Shown here piece after piece: positions 50,101-62,100 of a stretch of 64,000 nucleotides of DNA. Position 1 is the stretch's first letter. Each line of letters opens with the position of its first letter. The position numbers and the translations under genes were made by a program. Source of the stretch: Octopus bimaculoides (lineage: Eukaryota); contig NC_069002.1 of the NCBI RefSeq assembly GCF_001194135.2, forward strand, positions 30,351,771 through 30,415,770, in the 5' to 3' direction. The notes beneath the pieces are model-generated. The model was not told where the DNA came from. It saw only the letters and a list, made by a program, of their open reading frames with translations, and ran no database searches.

Positions 50101-53100
50101 AAAATCCACACCCTTATTACTTCAAAAATCCATGCTCTTAATACTGGAAAAATCCACACCCTCAATACTGTAAAAATCCTACCCTTAGTACTGCAAAAAT
50201 TTACTGCCCCACATTCTTAACACAGCAAGAATTACTGTACCACACCTTTAACACTTTTGTCAACCCATTTCAGTTGAAATTCCTTGCCTTTATTTCAACT
50301 GATTTTGAAAACGAAGAATTTAACAAAACAACTTTGGCCTTGTAAAAGTTAGTGTTTGGAACTTAAATTAACAGGAAATTTTTTGATGGAAGGTTTTAAT
50401 TTAGATTATTTTAAAACAAGAAATTTGTATCATGAATCCAGGAACAGTCTCAGGTTTATTGCTACCGAAAGAGATTAATGCTGCTAGAATTTATCACACC
50501 AGACCATTAATTTCTCAAGAAATTTATAAACCATGTACAAAGTCAGTTACTTATGAAAAGAAAAGTTGGAACTAGTTACCGTTTGACAGAGGTGCGGAAA
50601 TCCATGAAATAACATTTGTGTTGTTCCAGATGACTGGCATCAAAAATGGAAATAGTCTTGGATGATATTAGCTCTGTTACAAACATAAGGGTTTCTGTAT
50701 TGGTGCTGTCGAGGGAGTCAGCCATTTTACTTTGAATAAAATCAATCAGAGAAGCTAACACAGACTGAAAATAAAGCAGAAAGGATGAATTATTATTATG
50801 ATTATTATTATTATTGTGTGAGGGCACAAGGCCTAGTGGTTAGGGTGTAGCACACATGATTGCGAAATCATGGTTTTAATTCCTTGATCAGGTTCTGTGT
50901 TGTGTTCTTCAGCAAAACACTCCATCTCTTGATGATCTGCAATCACTTCAACACCTGACATGTGGTACACCTGTTGCACCTGTTCAGGTGACATCGATTT
51001 GATGGTGAGAATGAGTTAATGTACAGCACATACATTTGATCACTATAAACATTCTGCCAGCCAGGGAGCACTGGCCCCAGCTACGATGTTCGTTTCTCTT
51101 GACTCAACAGGTCTTCTCAAGCATATCATATCACCTGACACATCAGGGGTATTCTTAACAGGGGCCAGACATGCATGGCTGCGATCTCACTTTAGTTGCC
51201 AGGTTTTCTCAATTACAGCGGGTCTCCAAAGGTCCCGGTCTCCAGTCATTGCCTCTGTGAGGCCCAATGTTCAAAGGTCATGCTTCACCACCTTATCCCA
51301 TGTCTTCCTGGGTTTACTTCCTCTACAGGTTCCTTCTAGCAGTTAGGGAGTGGCACTTCCTCACACAGCTGTCCTCATCCATATGTAACACATGACCATA
51401 CCAGTGCAGACGCCTCTCTTGTGCACCACAATTGATGCTTCTTATGCACAACTTTTCTCTCAGTACACTTACACTCTGTCATGTATGCACACTGACATTA
51501 CACATCCAGTGGATCATACTAGCTTCATTTCTTTCGAGCCTACACATGTCCTCAGCATTCATGGCCCATGTTTCACTGCCATGTAGCATGGCAGTTCGCA
51601 CACATGTATCATACAGTCTAATTTTCACTCTGAGTGAGAGGCCCTTTGTTACCAGCAGAGGTAGGAACTCCCTGAATTCTGCCCAGGCTATTCTTACTCT
51701 AGTCACTACACTCTCAGAGCAGCCACTCCAACAACAGACTTGGTCGCCTGGGTAGCAGAAACTATTAACTACTTCTAGTTTTTTTCCCTGGCATGTGATG
51801 GAATCAGTTTTCTGTACATCTTCAGTGTTTATTGCCCCAGTGCATCTGCCACACACAAAAACTATTTTCCTGGTTAACCTTCTTTTGATATTGCTGCATC
51901 TTTTATGCATCCATAGCTTACACCGGGTACATTGTATGGAGTTTCTACCCACACCTTTTCTACAGATTGAGCAGGGTCATCTACCTGAAGGGGGTTGTGA
52001 TTTGACAGCCTTCCTACTTACTGAGACTTTGGTTTTTGCTAGGTTAACCCGAAGGCCCTTTGATTCTAGAGACGAGATGGAGAATAAGAAATGGTTGGAG
52101 ATACTGACCTCTTCAAAAAATGGTTCTGTAAATAATGTCTTTGCAAACGGATAAATTTGATTTGATGGAAACCTGTGACCAAAACTCTGGAAAAGATTAA
52201 AAAAAGGAGAAAAAAAAAATTAAAAAATGAAATTTGATTTTTTTAATTTTTAAATTGATATTCTTTTATTTTAATTTTACTTGATCCAGTCATTAGTCTG
52301 TGGCCATGCTGGGGCAGTGCCTTGAAGTGTTCTAATCAAACAAATTGGCCCCAGTACTTATTTCTTTCTAAGACTGATATTTATTCTATTAATCCCTTTT
52401 TGCCAGCCTGCTAAGTTACAAGGATGTAAACAAATACCCAGAACCATTACATAAATATAATACGTGTGTGTGTGTGTGTGTGTGTTAGTGCAGGCGTGGC
52501 TGTATGGTTAAGAAGTCTACTTATCAACCATGTGGCTTCAGGTTCAGTCCCACTGAGTGGCAACTGGGAGCATGTGTTTTTTACTAGAATCCCAAAGCAA
52601 TCAGAGCCAAGCCTTGTGAGATGGGGAGATCCAAGTGGAGTTGTTTTACCTGCATTTACTCCCACATCTGTAATACCTAAACTCACAAAAGACCAGATGA
52701 AGGCCACTACATCACAATGCCTGAAATACTTACTAAATTAATGACTTCGGTAAGAGAGGACGGTGAGAGCTTTTCGTGGCAACCCTGAAGCAAGCTTGAG
52801 ACACAGTTGAGGGTATTGGAGAGCAGAACCTCTGGAAGGTCGGGGCTGCTGTTTAGAACTGTACAAAGGACCTGCAGGAGAAAATGAAGAAGCATAACAA
52901 CAACAACAACAACAACAACAGTAGTAATAATGATGGCATCAAATTATGGCACAAGGCCAGTAATTTCGGGAGAGAGGGCAAGTCTATTACATTAACCCCA
53001 GTACTCAACTGGTACCTATTTTATGGACCCTGGAAAAATGAAAGGAGAAGTCGACCTTGGCAGAATTTGAACTCAGAACATCAAGGCAGATGAAATGCCA

Positions 53101-53144
53101 CTAAGTATTTTGCCTGCCACGCTAACAATTGTCAGCCCACTGCT

Positions 53145-53182
<38 letters not shown>

Positions 53183-56100
53183 TCATATTGAATAAGAGAG
53201 ACAAATACTGTCAGATCATTGATGTAGCCTTACCAAATGACATGAATGTTGTGAGTAAATAGGTTGAAAAAAATCACCAAGTACTCCGAATTGGAAGTGG
53301 AAATGGTAAGACTGTAGGGAATGCAAGAGGGTAATGTAAAAGTGATACCAGTGGTGATCGGAGCGTTGGGTTCAATCCTATTAAAACTTCAAGACTTTTT
53401 AAGGCAACTGGAAATCCCATGCAAGATTGATGTCTTGCAAAAAGCAGCCTTATTGGGCACATCTTAAGGAAAGTATTATCTGTCTGAGATCCTTGTTGTG
53501 ACTTGACAGATGACTAAAGACTCCGATGCATTTTTACCTACACTATGTTACGAAGGAATATTAATGATAATATATACCCTGATGCAGTACCAGGCAGTGG
53601 CTCTAATGGCTTCTGATCTTAACTGATTGGAAGTGTTATCATTTACATTGTTTTGTCTTGGTATAAAAGATGGGTTACAGCAAATATTCTGCTCAATACC
53701 ACAGATTTGTTTGTCAGTTGCTTGACCATAACCAGTTGAGCATGTTCCTTAGTGGTTGACGATATGTGCATCTCTGATCACGAGCAGAAGTAGTGGGGGA
53801 GCATCATAGCCATGTGTTGAGAGGAATTCTTTGGGGTCTGGCTAATTCATCTATGGAAACATGGACGAAACCTTGGCAGCATTTCAACACAGAATGTAAA
53901 GATCTGGAAGAAGTGCTGCTAAGCATTTTGGCCAATGCATTAATGATTCTGCCAGCTCCTCCTTGACCCTGTCACAGCCACTTAACATCCATTTTTTCAT
54001 GCTAGCATGGGTTGGATTGTTTTTACTGGAACTGGTAAGGCCAGGGGCTCACACCAGGATCCATTGTCTGTTCTGGGATAGTTTTTATGGCTGGATGCTC
54101 TTCCTAGTGCCAACCACTCCACAGAGTGTACTGGGTGCTTTTTAGCAGCATCAGTACCAGTATCAACTCTGCTGTGGTGGACGGGTCATCTTCAGTATGC
54201 CAGATATCTCGGACCTTAGTTTTCTCCTTACCGTCTGACAATAAGGAATAATAATTCTTTGTACAAAAGGAACAGGGCCTGAAATTTTAGTGGCAGGAGG
54301 CTTCATTACATCAACTCCCAGGATACTTTATTTTATCAGCCACGAAAGGATCAAAAGGCAATGTCGACCTTGATGGGGTTTGAACTCAGATCATAACGAA
54401 TCAGAAAAATGCTTCTAATCATTTTGTCTAATGTGCTAACGATTCTGGTAGCATGCTACCTTAACAATAATAATTCTTTCTACTGCTGCAGTCATGCCAG
54501 TTAGAGTGGAGGGGGGTGTATAGAGGTGGGAACAACCAACTGGATTGAACCTCAGTATATAACTGGTACAGTATTATACTGAACTCCTATGTACACACAT
54601 GCTTCCCACCAACCCTGAATGCCAAAAGATAAAAAGATTCAACCCTGGATGACAACATCTTACATTAGCGCAATAAGGGTGGATTTCGGTGAGGTTTAGA
54701 GCACCATCGGGTGGATAGGTCGTTACCGAAAGGGGGTTTACATAAGGAAATGACTTACCTCAGCAACTGCGTCTGGGTTATTTACAAGAGATCCACGTTT
54801 GAAGTCCAGCCACACTAACAACAGTTCCAATAAGTAGGCTATGGGCTGATGCTGGTCACTGTTTTCAATCCACAGTTTCTGGCGTAACTTTACATGAGAC
54901 TGGAAAATAAATAAACAAACAGAACAGAACAATCAGTGGAGGAGATGACTGTCTCATTCTTTAAAATATCTATTTTATCTTTTACTTGTTTCTGTCGTTA
55001 GACTGTGGCCATGCTGGGGCACCACCTTCTGAAATTTTAGTAAAATAAATCAACCCCAGTACTTATTTTTTTAAAAAAAACCTGGTACTTATTCTATCAG
55101 TATCTTTTACCGTACTGCTAAGTTTCAGATATTTTTTCTGAATCTCCCTGATTCTTTTAATGTGCTTGTTCCCTGGTATTAAATTGATATTAATTAATAT
55201 CCAATTTTTTACCCTACTGTTTTAATTTAATTAACCATAACCACGTTCTCAAAGTTGGTATATTCGATGCGGAAACCATTTTCTGCACAGATATTTCCGG
55301 ATTTAGCGCACCAAAACGAAGACTTTTGAATCTTACCATAAATATAATTAACAGAACCGTGTGCACATTCTTCATTCGTGGAGAACAACGAGTATACGAT
55401 TCTGAGAATTATATTGATTTGGCAGTCCGTACTGATGAGAAACAGATATTTTCGGTAAGGGAATATTAATTTCGAAACTAGTTTGCAGGTAACTTTGTAT
55501 GTATTTATGTAATTTTCACTTGTCTTGGCCGTATACGTTTTGTTACTTCGCTAAATTTCCTTTGAGAACAATTCAGTCTTAGTAGACGCATTACATGTGA
55601 TCTTCTAGCACATTAACAGTCCACCCAGCATGGCCACAGTCTAATGATTGAAACAAATAAAATAAAAGATGTATGTGTGTGTGTCTGTCAACCCTAGCAT
55701 CCTAACACTGGTGGCCCCACGTCTAGCTACTCTAGTTTTGTGACTTGTATCTCTTTCAGATGGCTGGACACTCTCCTACCATCTTGACCATCTGCAATCT
55801 CTGCTACAGATACTAACCACTGCTACCGTAAATAAAGAAACTGAACACACAAACCAAATATGACAAAGACAGACAATTCTATGACTTACCAAAAGTATTG
55901 GCCAAAGTGGATCCAAATGGTTGGCTCCAGATACGTGCTCTGACATTGCAGACATCGTGTGAGAAATACAAGCTTTAGCTTTGATAAATATTGGAGACTC
56001 AGAGGAGTCACTGCTCGTAGAATGTGGACCGATTCTTCTTAGAATCAGTGGAAATATCTGGAAATAGTAAAAGAGATATTATGGTAAAAACAAGGAATTC

Positions 56101-59100
56101 CAAGACAAAAGAATTGCCATATTTCATGACATACAAGACGTAATCTTTATTCCACAAAAGTCTCAACATATTACCCTGGGTCATCTATATGAAGTTGAGT
56201 CTCCCATAAGTTTTTTTTTTTTGTTTTTTCTTACGTGTTTTATTGCTGTGAGGATGTAGGATATCTTCCACTATCATGAATACTTACTTTATGTTCAGCT
56301 GTAACTGTTAATTTATTTTTTTTATATGCAGTACAGGTTGGCATTAGGAAGGGCATCCAGTCGTAGAAACCCAGCCAAATCTGACAGGAACCTGGTACAG
56401 CCTTCCTGCTTACCAGTTCCAGTTAAACCATCTAACCCATGCCAGTATGGAAAGTGGACATTAAATGATGATGATGATGATGAGTAATGTTTAACCCTTT
56501 CATTACAGTATTTATTTTGAGATGCTGTGTGTTTCTTTCAATTAATTTAAAATATAACAAAGAATTTAGTAAAATAACTTAGTTATCATTAAGCTAGTGT
56601 TAGGAACATAAATTGTGACTAAGGTTTGGTGGAAGATTTTAATTCAAAACTTTTGAAAACAAGACATTTATACTACAGAGCCAGATCCGGTTTCAGGCAG
56701 GTTGGTATCGAAAGAGTTAAGAATTGTTTCTCTATTGTATATTTCAACCCTTTTGTTACCGTATTTCTGTTGAGATGCTCTGTGTTTCTTTCAATTAATT
56801 TTAAATATAACAAAGAATTTAGTAAAATAACTTAGTTATCATTCAGCTAGTGTTGAGAACATAAATTGTGACTAAGGTTTGGTGGAAGATTTTAATTCAG
56901 AACTTACGAAAACGAGACATTAGTACTATAGCGCCAGAGGCGGTTTCAGCCAGGTTGGTATCGAAAGGGTTAATAGGGTCCAGGGTAAATAGCAGAAGAC
57001 TGGGGAATGGATAACTGCCTCCACTTCAACAGTTCATGAAAGAACTAGCAACTGAGTATTATGAACTATGGAAACAGTCGTCTATAACACTGTGTTCCCA
57101 CTGGCTTCAGCAGTGGTGATTAGTACCTATATATAGCAGCAAGCTAGACACAACTGAACTGCACCAGAAAGTTGACACTTAATCTTACTTTTAAAGGTAC
57201 TTTTGTAATGTACAGTTAGATTGCTTTAAGTACAGTACCAGACCAAAATATCTGACAGGCTTAGGATCAGAAGTGGCCCACATTTCTGGTTTTCTGGAGA
57301 CGGTTGAAATATATACCTTTAATCTTTTATCTGTCATTAGACTGCGGCCATGCTGGGGGCACCACTTTGAATTTTTAGTTGAATGAATCGAACCCTGTGC
57401 TTATTTATAAAGCCTGATACTTATTCTATCAGTCTCTTTTGTCAAACTGCTAAGTTAGAGGGATGTAAACACACCAACATTGGTTGTCAAACAGTGGTGG
57501 AGGAGAAACACAGACACAAAGACACACATATACAACAGGCTTCTTTCAGTTTCCATCTACCAAATTCACTTACGAGGCTTTGGTTGGCCTGAGGGTTATA
57601 CTAGAAGACACTTGCCCAAGGTGCCAGGCAATGGAACTGAACCCAGAATTATGTAGTCAGGAAGCAAGCTTCTTACCACACAGCCATGCCTGTACTTTTA
57701 CTTACAATATAAAATAAAAATAAAGAGCAAAGCTATATTTAACAGACAGATTCAAATTATTACACTTCGAAAGCAGAGTTTGTTTGATATCTATCAATCC
57801 ATTTAAAACTCTTAAAATATATCATACAATACCCTGTACACAGTTTATAAGGACGTTTATTATAAGATGAAAATTAAAAGAAGAAAAATGAAGGCCATGA
57901 TTCTATTTAATACATACAGGTACAAATTGCTACAATTCTAATGCAGGGTATGTTTAACTTTTATCAATCCCCTTAGAAAAATAAATAAAACTATTTTAAC
58001 ACAACATGAAGTATATTTGCCACTTAAATGTGGCTAAACTCTAAGGGTGAATGTTACAATGTTACTGTTGCTTTTAGCTCCAGGAGAACATCTCCTCCAG
58101 CTGGCTGTTCTCCTGGGGCTAAAAGCAACAGTAACATTCACCCTTAGGGTTTAGCCACATTTAAGTGGCAAATATACTTCACGTTGTCATGCAGTTACTG
58201 TTTATACCTCATTCAGAGATTTAACATTTTATTTTAACACATTATATGCAAATTAACCAGCTTCAAAAATGGGGTCTGTTTATTCAATATAGGGTACAGT
58301 ATATTGCACAGTATTCTAGGATTTCTGGAAGCCAGATAACAGGTCTGGTACTGTATGCATAGCAATCAAAGGAAACCAAAATAATGAATGAAATAAATGA
58401 AGTCTCACCGTTTCTGCACAAGAGTGCATATGTTGTTGCACACCTTTCATCACTTCAAACAACAAACGTCCAATTCCAAGAATGTACTGTGAGAAGAAGA
58501 AAATAATAATAACTGGAAGTGTTATCATGTACATTGTTTTGTCTTGGTATAAAAGATAGGCTACAGCAAATATTCTGCTCAATACCACAGATTTGCTTCT
58601 CAGTTGTTTGACCTTACCCAGCTGAGCATGTCCCTTGGTGGCTGACGATATGTGCATCTCTGATCATGAGCAGAAGTAGTGGGGGAGCATCATAGCCATG
58701 TGTTGAGAGGAATTCTTTAGACTTTGAATGATTCACCTCTGGAAACAGGGGTGTTTCGTTCAATATCCTTAAACAATCCTTATTCAAGGACCTTTTGAGC
58801 AGGATGGGGTATTCAACTTCAAGAACATTCTTGAAGTGTCTTGCTCAAGGACACAATGCACTGCCAGGAATTGAACTCACGACCTTATCATCATGAGCCA
58901 AATAATCTAACCACTAAGCTACACGCCCCCCCCCCNNNNNNNNNNNNNNNNNNNNNNNNNNNNNNNNNNNNNNNNNNNNNNNNNNNNNNNNNNNNNNNNN
59001 NNNNNNNNNNNNNNNNNNNNNNNNNNNNNNNNNNNNNNNNNNNNNNNNNNNNNNNNNNNNNNNNNNNNNNNNNNNNNNNNNNNNNNNNNNNNNNNNNNNN

Positions 59101-62100
59101 NNNNNNNNNNNNNNNNNNNNNNNNNNNNNNNNNNNNNNNNNNNNNNNNNNNNNNNNNNNNNNNNNNNNNNNNNNNNNNNNNNNNNNNNNNNNCACGCAGC
59201 GGTGATTGTCAGAAACAAGAAAGCAAGATCCAAGAATTTCGCACTTACCTGACTGCGATGATTGAAACTTTCAAAGATTAAGTCCAACACACGATCTGGG
59301 TCTTTTACCTGCAAAACAGAAAATATATCAAATAAACAAGGTCAGGTATGAAGGAGACTGGCACACAGGCTGTCTCTATGGCAGGGTGGGGATTAACCAT
59401 TTAACATTTAAACCAGGGGTTCTCAACCATTTTTTTATCTATGGACCCCTTTGAGTACTCTTTTGTTCTGGTGGACCCCCATAGCCATTCAATCATCATC
59501 ATCATCGTTTACCGTCCGCTTTCCATGCTAGCATGGGTTGGACGAGTCAGTGATATCTTCCAGCTGGAAACAACACAAACAGCACGTGCACACACACACA
59601 CAATTTGAGAGTGAAGAAGCAGAAATAAATTATTTACCTTTCTGATAAGAAAACCGAAACTTTCAGCAGCAAATCTCCGGATGTAAGGTCTGTTGTTGGC
59701 ATCAAGTATTGGTGAATAGTAGCTGGTGGTGGAGTAAAGGAGAGAGAGAAGGAGATGAAGAACATATAGAAATGAAGAATCTCAAGTTCAAATTTTGGCT
59801 GGAACCATGAATAACATGACAACATAGTAAACAATGTTTACCTACACAAAATTGTACTCAAGAAGACACATCTACCACAGTAGAAATGATACCAGTGCTG
59901 GTATCACAAAAAATGCACTCATGCTGGGGCCACATTAATACTAGAAGTACCAAGTGGTCATTTATGACTGCTTTTGGTTTTTACTTAATTTCTACAACTG
60001 TATTGAATGTACAGTCACGTTACAGTTGAGTTACCGAATCTGACATTGTTTGATGGGATATCTGGGCTGTGTGAATTTTGAGAGATTTTTTTCCCACATT
60101 TTTTTCTGTGGCAATTTTTTTTTCAACTTTTAAAATGGATAACAGTTTCATGCTATCAAGCAGTGATTCTGAATTTGGGGGCTTTTCAATGGAAGATATG
60201 GAGAAATAAATCAAATGCAAGCTTGTTTGAAGCGAACAGTACAGAAACAAACCGTTATGTAGAAAGTAAACAAACCAAGAAAAAAGATAGCTTGTGGTTT
60301 ACCTGCATTTACCTGTAATTAGAATCACTTTGAGACAAAAATTATGCAACAGAATTGATTAAGAACCTTTACTTTAATTGTGTTCCAAAAATCACATTAA
60401 TTTATGAAACCAATCTATATTCATAATGATTTTAGAATTTAATTGAAACTCATAAGGGGTAGAAATATAGTAACGAAAGGGTTAACAGAATCTGCCCTGG
60501 TGCTCACATTCAGAGGAGGATCTGAAAACGACAAGATCTCATTCTCTCTACCAATCTCAAAGATGTTGCTACAAGAACTATGGAGACGGCCTTCCCCCAA
60601 CTCAGAATAACACAAAAAATATTTGCTTGGTTTTCTTTTTATCTTTTCAAATATAAAAAGTGCCAGTGCCACATAAAAGCACCCGCACCAATGCCAGTGC
60701 CAAATTCTTTTTGGAGTATTTGCAATGTGGGAGCAACATGGAAAAAATATGGCATTTGGTGCTGGTGCCAGGTAAAAAGCACCCAGTACACTCTGTGGTA
60801 TGGTTGGTGTTAGGAAGGGCATCTAGCCATAGAAACCTTGCCTAAACAGACAACTGGAGCTCCAGCTGACCAGGTCTTGTCAAACTGTCCAACCCATACC
60901 AGCATGGAGAATGGACATTAAATGATGATGATGACGAAATGAATGGATCTGTTTCTTACCCAAAAACTGTTTTGATGTCCTTCACCATATAACGCCAGAG
61001 GAATTTGAATAAATATGAAAGACAAGTGAAGATCATTTCAAGAAGAGACACGTTTCGAGGATGTGTTTTGAGTAAATCAATCATCACATTGAACACGTTG
61101 TGGAAGTGTTTGTAGAAATCGTGCTGAAGATCTTTGGCAAGTTGGACCACCAAACTGGAATGGAAGAAAGAACAAAGTCACAACATCAATATTATATACA
61201 GTTCAATACACCAATATTACAATTCAATAGCATTCATTCTTTCGTTCATCCATGTCCTCCCTTTTGTTCACCATTTTGTTCACTCTGGCACCCCATCACT
61301 ACCTTCCTTTTATCTCCTTCAGCCAAGCATCTCCTCTACAACAACACATCTGTGCTTGTCCTTCTATGATACTTTAGCCTTTCAATAATGTGGCCGTCCT
61401 GGAAGGGACAATGTTACTGTTGTTTTAGCCCCAAGAAACATCGTTTCTAGCTACTTATACAACACAATATCTGAGTCCTTAACCTTTCCTGTGTGTATGT
61501 GTGTGTTTGTGCATGTTGGTGTGTGCTTTTATATATGTATGTGGAGGCGCAATGGCCTAGTGGTTAGGGCAGCGGACTCGCGGTTTCGATTCCCAGACCG
61601 GGCGTTGTGAGTGTTTATTGAGCGAAAACACCTAAAGCTCCACAAGGCTCCGGCAGGGGATGGTGGTGAACCCTGCTGTACTCTTTCACCACAACTTTCT
61701 CTCACTCTTACTTCCTGTTTCTGTTGTGCCTGTAATTCAAAGGGTCAGCCTTGTCACACTGAATATCCCCAAGAACTACGTTAAGGGTACACGTGTCTGT
61801 GGAGTGCTCAGCCACTTGCACGTTAATTTCACGAGCAGGCTGTTCCGTTGATCGGATCAACAGGAACCCTCGACGTCATAAGCGACGGAGTGCCAACAAC
61901 TTCCTGTATGTATGTATGTACATGCCAGGTTTCTCATGGGAGCTGAAAACATCTCATGGTGTCTGAGCAAAAAACCAAAAAAACTGATGAAATAACGCAA
62001 AACAATTTAGTAATTTGGTTTTCTTAATATGAAAACTAGAATTGGCAGCAGAAGAAATGCCAAAAAATGGTAATTGGAAGACTGAAAAATGAAGGAGAAA

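Noticed and set aside
61542-61600. tRNA gene-like A/B boxes (also 48040-48105, 48362-48440, 4290-4360)
   Set aside because: They are heads of multi-copy SINEs and continue into SINE bodies; no complete cloverleaf.
61984-62045. CTGATGA...GAAAACTAG as a fourth hammerhead
   Set aside because: No convincing stem I, II or III pairing.
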